Part shown: piece after piece, positions 23,121 to 34,116 of the stretch
How the letters are laid out: each line of letters opens with the position of its first letter
Position numbering within the stretch: position 1 is the first letter of the stretch
DNA from: Macrostomum lignano
Lineage: Eukaryota
Direction: 5' to 3'
Assembly: GCA_002269645.1 (NCBI GenBank)
Contig: NIVC01003426.1
Coordinates: 1 to 38,615, forward strand
DNA: 38,615 nucleotides
Program-made: the position numbers and the translations under genes
Notes under the pieces: model-generated
Seen by the model: the letters and a program-made list of their open reading frames with translations, nothing else
Database searches by the model: none
What the model was told of the DNA's origin: nothing

Positions 23121-25339
23121 GGTCACCTCAGAAGTCAACATCCGTACGGAACTCCAAGTCGCCCATGGACATCATCACACCGGCCTTCTCGAAGTTCATG
23201 AAGTCAAACGGATTTCCCATAAAAACTCACGAGTGCTTTTGCTTTCTTCCAAAAACTTTGCGAACTCTGTCTCAAAGCGCAAAAATGCCATCTCTTCAAC
23301 CTTTCGGCGACTTTGCAACCAAGCAGCTGAAAATGGATGAAAACCAATTTTTCATTCAGACTGATAATATATGAAAAAATAATAAATATGAACATACAAT
23401 ATCACAATGACATACGAATTAATTCAAACAAATAAAATACTAACTGATCGACATGATGCGTGCGAAGTTCATAGTGTCAGCGACGTAATTCAGAAAATTA
23501 TCGATTATCATGCACCATCTCCTTTACTTGAAGTCCAAATCTGCGGAATGCAGCCAAATGCGCTCAAAGCTTTCGCCATCTATCAGGCCCACAGACTCGG
23601 TGGCACGAATGCCGAACAACAACTGACAAAGAAGAACGTGACCATAAACGTGCAACACCGGCAAGACAAAAGTTAATATTGGATCGCAGAATCAACCAGC
23701 CAGTTTGCAACTTATGTCGTAAGATACGATTATTGAAACGTGGGGAGGAATATCGCGCAGCATCTGCTGAACCATGCACTCGCTGTAGTTAAGGCTGTAA
23801 AACAAGCAAAATAACTGGTGTTCAAAAATCATATAGGATAACTAGTACTCGTAAGCACTGAAAGGAATTACCGCTCGCCAGGAGTAGTCACTAGTATTTA
23901 CTAGTCAAAATAATCCCGACGCCTGTTCATCAATTTCTAAAGTTAATAAAAATTTTAAAAAATTATCGTTTGTATGATTTAAGAAGAATAACAAATTTCT
24001 AGTCAGATAGCCCAACATTTTTAGTTAATACAAACAATAACACCACGATGACACAGATAATAAATATTTTCTATGGCATAAAACTATACAAAATTACTGC
24101 GCGAATACTAACTACTACGACGTTAAAATATAATTCTCATAGACATGACTAGAGAGATAGACAAGATCTAGACAAAAATCTATGCAGTAAACGAAATAAG
24201 GGCAAAGCCCATGTACTGACATAAAGTACAGTGGAATTGCTATCGCATGTAGATGTAGCAACCTTAACTTAATTTAATTAGTGTACAGTGCCCTACGATT
24301 CTACGAGTTGATTAATATTTTAATTTTGAGTTCAACGAATGTGAAATTTTAAATTTCCGCGTGAATTTTTATTTTGTTTCAATTTTTAGTTTGTTTTAAC
24401 TTCATGCGAAAATTCTAAAATTATTTGAATTTGAATAAAATTAGTCTTTTTCGCATAATATTTACAAACGGATGCAGTATATTACCTCCAAGGACAAATC
24501 CAAGTACAAAGGCGATTAATTTTATGCCTTTATCAAACATCTAGAAATTAGAAAACTGGCACTTCGTGAATTAGGAAATTGGCCTGTCTATCAATTATAA
24601 ATATCTCGCTTGGTACCTTACTTTGCTAAAAAAACATTCAAAACGAAAATGGGTGACTAACTAGTCCTCGTTTCTTGCGCCTGTACTATTTTTCTCTGAC
24701 CAAATTTCCACTAAATTTAAAAACAGAAGACTATAGATTCGTAGCATATTGCAATTCTAAGCTAAGCTAGACATAAAAGAAAGAAAATGATTACAATGCA
24801 ATTTAGGACCAACCGGCCACGTTTGCTTGCCAAAGACAAAGCCGTCTTCATCCAGTATACATTAATATACGAGAAATGAGTCCCGGATGTGCAGCGTTTT
24901 TAGCTTGCTTCATTGCTAGTACAGTGCTAGTACGCTAGTGCGCACTAGCGTTCCACACTCACCCCACCCCACCCCACCCCTCTCCGCTCGTGGGCTGGCC
25001 CTCTCTAAGGGAGCCCATCCCACCGTGGGCTGGGTCCCGTTAACGGGCTATTTTTAGCGTGGGATGGGCTCCGCTATCGGCGGGCCGTTAGGTGCGTGGA
25101 CTCACTATCTAGTCAGGTATTTTTTGTTAAGTGGATTGTCTGTCTAGTCCACGGCCGTTAGGTGGCGGAGGAACGAAAGAGCAGAAGGGGGAAGGGTCCA
25201 GCGAGCGCACAAGGGGAGGAGTGCAGCTATCTAGAATTGCATACACTGAGCAATTGTACGCGGCAGGCCAGGCAACAACAGTACAGGCAAGCGCCAAATT
25301 TGGCGGCTTCCACTAACTAACCCTAGGCTAGAAAAACTT

Positions 25340-26315
25340 CCTAATTTTTATGTTAATGAGCCTCATTATGATGACTCGATTGCGCCATATTGTGCAACTT
25401 CTTAGCGCCAAGGAAGGCTGCTTAGAGTACATGGAGGCAGCAGAACAGTTCCTATTACAGATGGCGGAGTAGCCTAGTAAGGGGTTGTAGCCTAGTAAGG
25501 GGTTGTAGCCTAGTAAGGGGTTGTAGCCTAGTAAGGGGTTGTAGCCTAGTAAGGGGTTGTAGCCTAGTAAGGGGTTGTAGCCTAGTGGTTAGGGCGTCGG
25601 ACTCACGACTTGAAGGTCGGGGGTTCGATTCCCGATCCCTCTGCAACAATTTGTGTCCTTGAGCAAGACACTTAACTCTGCGTTGTTTCAGTTTACCCAG
25701 CTGTAAAATGGGTACCAGCATTAGCTGGGGTAATTGAGGGTGTGTGTGGCGACCCCCCAGTCCTTGGACTGAACAGCCGTACGCAGCCTTCAGATGCGCC
25801 GCGCAATAGCTGCGGCTGAGCTGTCGGTTGCACATCTGCCCATTGGGCAGGTGTAATCAATTATTATAAAATTATTATTATTACAGATACTAGCAGCGTA
25901 CAACAGCGCCTAAGATGTGACTGCGGCCCTATGCTTGCAGCAGAAAGCTGCGGCCACATCACTGCTATATAAAAGATACATGTTGGTGTGAATTTTACTT
26001 ACATTCCACTTTCGAACTGCATGAGGTGGATTGTGGCCATGAGCAGCTTCAAGACAGGTCTTACACACCTGAAGGTGACAGCTTTCACAACGAAATAAGC
26101 CCTCTGATTCCTAACAGATTAAGCAATTGCCTTTGATAAAAAAGTAAGCTGCCACACCATCAGCCAGCTGTTCACTGAGCAATGCCCATTTCTCCTTTTC
26201 ACATCGGGCATCATAACGGCTAGGGCCATTGGGTTCTTCAAGCAGCTAAAAATCTCCCACTGTACCTTCACCTTCTACAGCCTAGGCTCCTGAAGAGTCC
26301 CCGAAACGACTTTGC
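25340..26315 (-). pseudogene. Degenerate KDZ (Kyakuja-Dileera-Zisupton)-type transposase N-terminal segment, CxC3/B-box-like cysteine cluster
   Basis: Exon 26315-26003 reads ...RYDARCEKEKWALLSEQLADGVAAYFFIKGNCLIC*ESEGLFRCESCHLQVCKTCLEAAHGHNPPHAVRKWN|GTAAGT. The next exon (...CCTLLVSVIGTVLLPPC...) is continuous once the SINE and one TSD copy are removed. Several in-frame stops. Confidence 0.5.
25463..25878 (+). mobile_element. tRNA-derived CORE-type SINE with tandemly amplified head
   Basis: A box TAGTGGTTAGG, B box GGTTCGATTCC; central GTGTCCTTGAGCAAGACACTTAAC...CAGTTTACCCAGCTGTAAAATGGG resembles the MIR/CORE consensus; (ATT)n tail; perfect 10-bp TSD TATTACAGAT at 25453-25462 and 25879-25888. 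Confidence 0.88.
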
Positions 26316-26542
26316 CTGAAGCATGACATTAAATCATGTTGCATAAAAATATTGTCAGCAGTAAAAAGGGTTGCAAGCTGTAAAGCAGTTCCAATTAGCA
26401 CTAATACTGGCAAATTTTATTGTCTAGATTGTCTAGGCATAATGCTGCTATGTAATTTGTGGGCAAGTATCATTACTTTATATAAAAGTTTATTAGTATA
26501 AACAAGCTCAAACAAAATAATACATTTGAAGTAATAACACAG

Positions 26543-27532
26543 TTATAACACTCCACGGTCGGCTCGAACAGTTGCTGTCAGCAGTGTGCTGCGTTCGTAC
26601 AGAAAAGTCGCAAGCCGTACTGAAGCAAACCACTTGTCGACGAAAAGGTGATAGCCGAAACCGAGCAGGTCCTTGCAAAGGTGCACTACGATTTTCTCGC
26701 TTAGAGACAGCTGGTCACAACCGAGGTCGTCGCCAAAATGAGAGTTCTCTTCAGCAGTCGAATGTACTAGAAAGTTATACAGGTAGCCAGATGCAGACTC
26801 ACAGGCGCAGTACATTTTAATTCCAACTCTGGCTCTCTTCGATGGGATGTACTGCCTAAACTGAAGGCGCCCCTTGTACAGAATCAGGGACTCGTCGACG
26901 CTGACCTGCTGCTCCGGCTGGTACACGTTCGCGCAGAGCTGCTGAGCCAGACGGAGCAGCGGCCGAATCTTGTGCAGTGGGTCGTTCGAGGCGGGTGCTC
27001 GTGCATCGTAGAAACGAAGGAAGGCCAGCAGCTGCTTGAATCGGTCACGGGTCAAGCCATTGGGCGATTGAAAAAACGGAGTACTGTGAATGACACTGGT
27101 GCTCCAGTAATCATGCAGTTCCGGCTTCCGTGAGATGCCCATGAACAGGTACATACCCAACAGCTTGGATATCTCACTGCGGTTTGTGTCCTTCCATGAC
27201 TTCAGCAAGCTCGAAACATCTCCATCATGTGTCGCCTGCTCATACTCAGCCCAAGCTTTTGCGTTTGTCCACTCCACGATCTTATCCAGCAGCTCATCGG
27301 TTAGAAACAGTCGTAGAAAATATTGGATGTCTTCACGGTCTTCGGGAAGGACAATGCTGGGGTTTACACCCGAAATTCCAGTGAAACTGGGGCCGTCTTC
27401 AACAATGTCTTCGCCTGGCTCCACAAACTGCCAATCGTCTTCTTCTTCGCTGATAGTGACCGACTCAGACGACTCGGAGTTCTCCGCTATTCCAGCGTCA
27501 CTTTCGGAGTCGGAAGTCAACAGAATATCCAT
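26543..27532 (-). pseudogene. piggyBac PGBD4-like transposase (DDE_Tnp_1_7), truncated after the second catalytic Asp
   Basis: Acidic N-terminus; FLTDELLDKIVEWTN; MGISRKPELHDYWS; RDRFKQLLAFLRF; KIRPLL; VSVDESLILYKGR; QYIPSKRARVGIKMY; GYHLFVDKWF; stops at RADRGVL* before the GGVD motif. Confidence 0.92.
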
Positions 27533-27826
27533 ATTTGGATTGATTTGAATTACATGAATAGAATTGTACAGAATTTGGCACAGCCCTTAATATACTAAAA
27601 CTGGACTGTCTATGGCCAGTCTTGTACAGTTTTGATAAGCGTGTGTGCAACCCATTCCAAATGTACATTCTCCTTCAACCCTAGATTAGACCAGCGATGG
27701 CTGGCTTATCGGCAGGAGTGGCAATGCAATTCAGTTCACTGAAAACTTGAAATAGTCTATGGTCAGCTCTGCTGACCATGCCGGCAGGAACGGAGCTTTC
27801 TATTTAGGAATTCAGGCTTGAAAAGG
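26543..27826 (-). mobile_element. piggyBac transposon, 5' end present, 3' truncated
   Basis: TTAA at 27827-27830 followed on the minus strand by CCTTTTCAAGCC; transposase ORF downstream; no second TIR found. Confidence 0.8.
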
Positions 27827-29429
27827 TTAAAGACCTTTGCTATTGCCAGAAAGGGACAATTAGAATTTTCAATCCTGTTGTCTCCAATAAAATAGTACGT
27901 ATCTTAAAATAACATGCTTTCCTTTCTGAATTGTAGAACCAATTTCAAAATAGTTGCACAAAACAACTCCATCCTAAACAGGGATCTTATGCCAAAATAG
28001 CACTTTGGCATCTCAAAATCACAAATGGCACCTTGATTTTGGAGTTCAGGTGCCAAATAACACCTTAAAATTGTGTTTCAATGTACCACTTACACCTCCT
28101 AGTTTGTCAAGCTGCCTCGGCACTTCAACTTAAAGCTGAGGGGGATAGAGAAGGACAAGAGGAAATAATAGCTACAGGGGCATTATTAGGAATATAATCG
28201 TTAATAGCAGGGAAACATTAAGGGGCAAAGAATGAAAAAGGTGCCAACTGCCAGGAAGGGATAGAGAGCAAAGGGAAGATAATAGTCTAAGGAAAAAAGA
28301 GGGAAACCATAGAGCAAGGTAATAGGATTGGCCACAGGGGCAAAGGGAGGGTATAGAAGAAGGTAGAGATGATGGGTAATGGCGCCAGGTAGCCACCTTG
28401 CTAGATCACCTAATGACTACAATAGGGTACCATGCCATGTGGCTAAAATAATTTAGAAAGCATGCCAAGTGTTTATCCTAATTTTTTATCAATATAGGAT
28501 AAAATGTTTGCAAATGTTACTTAATTCAAGTAATATATAAAATTAAGTACCCTATAATAGATCATAATGCGCTTCAGCTACCTTGCATTCGCATTTTAGT
28601 TAAAGTTAGTGGATGCCCTTCCACCGGGTGCCCTTCACAATGCAAAGCATGATAAAATGACACAATCAACACTGGCTCACCTGCTCCAAGCCATGCTGTA
28701 GAATACCACTAGTGGTGGCTCAGGTTGTGAGTTCGTTGCTGCATCCGTGAAGACGATCGACATTATGAGTTAATACAGATAATGATGCGTAATATAAGAT
28801 GCAGTGCAGTGGCTATTGGCTAATGGATTAAGTATTGACTCGTGCAGTGCAGTCGTGCAGTGGCTTGATAAAGACAGTATCAGGACTTGACCCGCAAATA
28901 ATGAAAAGGTTATTGTACATTTATCGTTTTGTTCAGATATTTCAACACAGAAATCGATTGTGAATCACGTAAATTAACATGGCGACATATCCCAAAATAA
29001 ATACGAAAGAAATAAAGGATCAATCACAATTGAACATAACTCCAAATTGACTAAAGTGATAAATCAGCGACAATTCTAATTCAATCGAAAATCTAAGTCT
29101 CATTCATTCATCTAAACTTGAAAGCAATCGAAATAACCGACACGGAAAACGCGAAATTCTGCAGTCAATCGCATGAATGCGACTTGTAACCATAGACTAT
29201 TGAATTGCTAGTATGCCTTTGCTTGGCACGCATTTTTTAATTCAGTTCATAGGCTCTACCCATGCGCGACTATTTCTGTATCAGCGAGCCAAATATAAAC
29301 GGGGGACGACCCCAGACAGAATACAAATGACCTAGCCATCGACCAATACACAGCAGCGAAAACCAACCCCATTTCACAGGCCAATCGGCGATTATAACTG
29401 ATACTAAAATTAGCAGCAAAGGTTGTTTC

Positions 29430-30320
29430 TAAACTCTACATTTTAAGAACAAAAATGAAAAGGAAAATACCAGTGGCCTCTTACATCTTCGGCCCAGCGC
29501 AGTTGGTTCAAAATACCTATGGCCAGCGCACAAATTCTCTACCCACCGTTCCAGTCGGTTATGGTTCGAACTCGACCAATAATAGAGGTAAAGGAAACAA
29601 CTTTGCAAAGATGGCTCTCGTATTAACAGTAACAACAGTAACAAACCAGCAAACATAGCGGGAAAGTTTCATTCAAATTTCAATAGCATTCGTCAGAATC
29701 AAGACCGAGTCTGCGTTTTGCAGCCAGAAAGTGTCTATGGCCCGATTCCGACCCATCCGACTGAAACGGAGAGTGACAAATATCTTTACCGTCTTGAAGA
29801 GGTTAAGTCTCGAGCATTTTCTCTTGTCGGAAGCCTTCTTAGCTCTTTGTAGCGTATGTAGTGCTGCCCACCAGTTCCTTCAGGTCTCAGCCTTCGGTGA
29901 GGTGAGCTTCCCGTCGTAACAAAAGAAATAAGTCAACGAATTCAGCACAACGTGCAGATTTGCAGCTTAACGTACAGGGCGTCTCGTCAGCAGTACCTGT
30001 CGGGCTTGGTTGGTGGATGGGAGGGCTGCGTTAGCCTCTCGTAGGCTCGGGGTTGGCTTTAGTGGGTCTCAGTTAGACCAATAGTAGAGGGTTAGTTGTA
30101 CGCAGCACGGGCGTTCAGTTCTGACAGACACTTAGAGAACGAGTGACTCAGACTCGGAAACTTAGACTCTCAGAAACTAGCGAACAAGAAACTCCTTGAC
30201 GGAAAAAAGGGGGAGGGGGTCCTTATTTATAGCACGGTATTCTCCTCTGCCCGAGAACGCACAAAACCTCGTGACTTGTTACCTCGTTGCCTATCAATTA
30301 GTGCCCATTTATCAACGTGC
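29430..30320 (-). mobile_element. Possible decayed retroelement 5' region with a gag-like remnant
   Basis: TATAAATA at ~30225-30232 (minus); downstream YDGKLTSPKAET*RNWWAAL...SDKRK..L and HRYFEP resemble Gypsy gag N-terminal motifs; heavily disrupted. Confidence 0.25.
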
Positions 30321-30494
30321 ACAAGATATACTCTGAATGACTTTAAATATGGTGGGCATTTGCAATTTGTGTGTTTTAATATTTCTGCTTTATATTCATC
30401 ATAGGCTTTATCAATTTCTTCAATTAGTCGAGCCTTTCGACTAGGGTCTCTTGTTTGAGAAAAGGTATAATAGAATAATAGTATTTATTATAAT

Positions 30495-31066
30495 TTATAA
30501 TAGTATTTTTTGTAGCAGAGCATTTCGAACATTTGGGTTATCAGCTTCCATTTTTTCTAGGAAAATTAAACAATTACAATTGGTTTTGGGAGCAGCTTCA
30601 GCTTTTCCTCCAAGGTGTCGAACGGTCGATTGTCTATCCCTTCGCCGTTGGGATTGAGATTTTTTCCCTTGCTTAGCTTCCAAGAGGCATTTGCATGTGA
30701 AGCAACTGCTACGGTGAGCTTGTTGAAGGTGTGGATTAGATCAGCTTTGTTCAGTTCCGATATGTCGAGACTTGAGTCTTCAGCATACTCCTGGTAGTCA
30801 GTCATTACAGCTATTCCAGTTCTCTTAATAGTGTCCAAATTAATTTTCAAATTAGTCATGAATGTTGCCTTCTCGCGTGGCTTCTTCTCATCAGTTGACC
30901 TTTCTTATGGAGTTATTTTGTCGGATATCGTTGTTAGCACTCGAAGAGGATCCTTGTCGGCATCGCCAAGTTCATTGATTGCAATTATTACACTTGTGTC
31001 ATCTGCCAACTGAACCTCCTTGAGATTTTTTATCTTAGATTCGATAATTTTCTTACCACCAGCCAT
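30495..31066 (-). pseudogene. Intronless unknown ORF with one internal stop and a probable C-terminal frameshift
   Basis: ATG at 31066 (MAGGKKIIESKIKNLKEVQL...) is in frame with the track ORF 30566-30859 across a TAA at 30905-30907; the overlapping frame ends IFLEKMEADNPNVRNALLQKILL*. Confidence 0.4.
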
Positions 31067-31099
31067 GTCGAAATCAAGAATAGTTACTGATGATGTGCC

Positions 31100-32120
31100 A
31101 GTTAGAGTCTATGCTATGAAGCTGCAACGATGAATCTAAATACCCTTCAAATTCTGAGAGATGAAAAAGAAAGGTGGGTTGGACAAATAAGGGTTCGTCT
31201 TTGCGAAGGGAAGCTTTTGAACGTAACGACCACTACCATATATGGTATTATTTCTCCTCTCCATGAATGGGCTAGTATGGAATATCATACTACAGGTGAG
31301 GCAGGGACGCAAGAAGTTTTTAGAAAGAAAGATTGCGAAAACATTCGCACACTCAAAAGTGACTCATCCCTTCATATAAGTCTATTACTAGGGTTTTTGG
31401 ATTTACAAAGGTGTTTTTCTCTTACGTCTCTGGAGTACTGCGGTGTGAGAGCAGGTGTGAGGGAGGCATTGTTCTCCTGAGCAAGAGCAAGTTTCTTTTT
31501 TGTTGAGTCGGATAGAGAGTTAAGGCACGCTGGCTGATGCAAAGTACCGGTATGTGATGGGCATAATTTTTATTGAAGAAAGGGTAAGCTGCCAAGGAGT
31601 TCTGACACATCATCAGCATTGTGAGTCAGCTGTTTGCTTGCGAAAGAGAGAAAATTATATGATGTTATATGAAATTCTCCTGGTTGTTTTCCAGTGGAGA
31701 TGGGTGGTAGTTTTGTTATAGCTGACTGAATATCTAAAGAAGAACCTAGAAATAATGTTTACTGAAGGTCATTTTTATAATGAAAAGAGTAAGCAATCTT
31801 AAATTTAATGCCAATTTCAATTTGTATTCGCCTGAAATTGCATTGAATTAACCCCCAAACCACACATTTCTCGTGGTTTTACTCACGAGATCTCGAAAAT
31901 GACACTTTTTCCAAATATTTAAAAACGACAAAAAAATCGCTGTTTTCAGACCATTTTCACCTGTTTTTAGTGATTTTCAAATGAGTAAGGGCATGAGGGT
32001 CAGGGCACCCCCTTTTTTAAGTGTAAAAAATTCTGAAAATCGGTGTTCTGCGAAATATACCATATGCCAATGCCCCTCCATGGGCATTGAGGGTGAGGAG
32101 CCAATGCTCCTCACCCTCTG
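31100..32120 (+). repeat. Decayed piggyBac-like C-terminus followed by dispersed repeat copy B (31715-32120)
   Basis: Fragments KKKGGLDK (GGVD-like), VCDGHN and CESAVCLRKRENY (CRD-like) occur in shifting frames; the repeat matches 8756-9165. Confidence 0.5.
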
Positions 32121-32163
32121 CCCCCACGCCATGTCTATACCCGCCTGTTGTAACTCTGACCTC

Positions 32164-32270
32164 CTGGTTGTAGTAGTATAATAAAAGGGGATGAGCCATC
32201 TTGTGAGTGGCGCGAACTGCGCCCGAACACTTGATGTGGCCCAGCTCCATTTCACTATACTACTACTCAC
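32164..32270 (-). other. 99-bp hairpin element (32169-32267) filling a predicted 107-nt GT-AG intron, copy 2
   Basis: Same architecture as copy 1; inner core matches copy 1 at 27 of 33 nt; AC|GTGAGT at 32270 and AACCAG|G at 32164. Confidence 0.65.
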
Positions 32271-32776
32271 GTGTTCTAACTGCAGATGTACTTGTCCACG
32301 AAGACAACCAAATCTTCTGTTTGCAACGATTCCGACGCATATCTTTAAAAGCATCTTCCACATCCTTAATTGTTTGAGCGATTGCCGTCTTTCCAAAATT
32401 TGAAAGCTTGACGGAGACGACTTCAACATCTGACTGCGTTATCAGTAGCCCTCTCTTCCCAAAGTTGTACTTTATCTTTACTATGCCCCGATGTCTTCCT
32501 TGACTTTCTGTTTCTTGTCCAACATCAACTTCGACAATTACGTGTCAGCTTGTCATATAATAAACAACACTTTTTAAAAATAGTTTGTATAAGTCGATGC
32601 CACCCGAATCAATTTTCCAGTGATTAAATTGCAGTCCCTAGGACAGCTCTATCATTTCAACTAGTGGTAAAAAATCTAGAGACAGATTGGTAGCGAAGTC
32701 TGCTCCGAAAACTCTAAACTCAGCCCGCTGGGAGGCTAGATGCACTGGCACTGTGCACAACAGTGCGCAACACAAC

Positions 32777-33040
32777 AGTAACTAATTTAGTAAGAAAGTT
32801 TTGCATCGCCAGAAGACCTACAGTGTCGCCGGGTGTCGCCGGGTGGCCTCCTGTACCAACAGAGGATCAAATGTGAGGCATTTTTTCTAGTTTTAGCAAA
32901 CGTTTTATAATACAGTTTAGCTTTCAGTTTCATATGTAGGCCTCAATTAAATCGATTGAATAAACTCTTTTGATAGTAACTAATTTAGTAAGAAATGTTT
33001 TGCATCTCCAGAAGACTTACAGTGTCGTCGGGTGACGCCG
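32777..33040. repeat. ~65-bp direct duplication (32777-32845 and 32975-33040)
   Basis: AGTAACTAATTTAGTAAGAAA..TTTTGCATC.CCAGAAGAC.TACAGTGTCG.CGGGTG occurs twice; it covers an exon end plus its donor site. Confidence 0.85.
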
Positions 33041-34116
33041 TGACGGCGGATGCAGCGCCATTGGCGGGGCCGGCCTGACTCTGGAGATGCAAAAGTTTGT
33101 CTGCAGCCAGGTATTTTATTTCGATGTTATTTGCAAGCTCTGAATCAAAGTGGGGGGCATTTTGTGCTAGAGTTAGCCAGTTTTAAATTTAATATTGTAG
33201 CTCATTAATTGTGTGACATAGTGACACGATGAACTTTGCTATAGGTTGCATGCACTGTAGTGTTGACTCACTAGCAGTGAAGTTGTTATTGATCGGCTTA
33301 GAGATTGTATTTTATTCCACCCCACCCCATGCGCGCGTTTGAATCTGTCTACACCCACCACCTCAGTGCTAAATAATAAATGAGAACAGCCTAGCTCTCA
33401 AGCGAGCACCTTTTACTCACTCCTGCAATTCGACACTTCTGCCTCGCTTAACAAAGTTATCACAAATTGCTACAGTAAGTAATGACTAACAACAATTTAC
33501 AATAAATATATTGACAGCTACACAAAATTACCTCTAGTCCAGCCTGATGCACGGCCTGCCGCAGGAGGCTGTAGGCCTCGGCAATTTCGCCATGCTCGTA
33601 ATCTGGGCCACTAGTCTGTTGAAAGTTAATATGAAATACGGTTCACATGATATTGTTTAAACAACTACTGATTCTTATTGCAAGTCGAAATTCTTGGCAT
33701 GAAAGTAACAAAATGTGCATGCATTGTTAGCCTAACTTTCTAAACATAAAACTTACCAAAGACTGCTGCTCGGCAGCCGCCGAGAGCCTTCGTCTTTTGC
33801 TGCCGGCAGTTTCGGCGTCTTCAGTAACACTGCTGGCACTTGGGCTCGGCCGGCTTACAGCGGCAGACTCACCCTGTCGGCAGCTTCAGCGACAGTGCCA
33901 GCGCCGACACTGGCGCTTGCGCTCGGCCGACTTACGGCGGCAGGGTGCGGCGGCAGATTCGCAGGCCAGGCACCGCTGGCCAAAAAGTCTTCAAAACTGT
34001 TAAAATATTCTTGCGAATAGTTTAACAGTAATTCCGTTTTGTCGAAAATTGCCTTCAGCTGCGCAGGAGTTTGGGACTGCACCGCCTTCATGTGGTCCCA
34101 AAGGCCAGCTCGCAGC
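32822..34116 (-). pseudogene. Multi-exon unknown gene remnant
   Basis: Phase-compatible exons 34116-33757 (1-nt frameshift near 33870), 33615-33532, 33469-33421, 33100-33021 and possibly 32850-32822. Peptide LRAGLWDHMKAVQSQTPAQLKAIFDKTELLLNYSQEYFNSFEDFLASGAWP...SKRRRLS...TSGPDYEHGEIAEAYSLLRQAVHQAGLE|QFVITLLSEAEVSNCR|NKLLHLQSQAG... Confidence 0.55.

Noticed and set aside
26289-26320. Minimal hammerhead-like CTGAAGA-GTCCCC-GAAAC
   Set aside because: No helix III/NUH cleavage site or helix I partner follows, and it lies antisense within the CxC3-like coding exon; probably chance.
27135-27598. Plus-strand ORFs overlapping piggyBac, SET and pol (e.g. 27135-27548, 7640-7942, 4577-4759)
   Set aside because: Antisense or alternate-frame shadows of recognised coding sequences.
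30445-30462. TTTGAGA nairovirus-like terminus next to the orphan ORF
   Set aside because: Wrong orientation relative to the ORF and only 7 nt.
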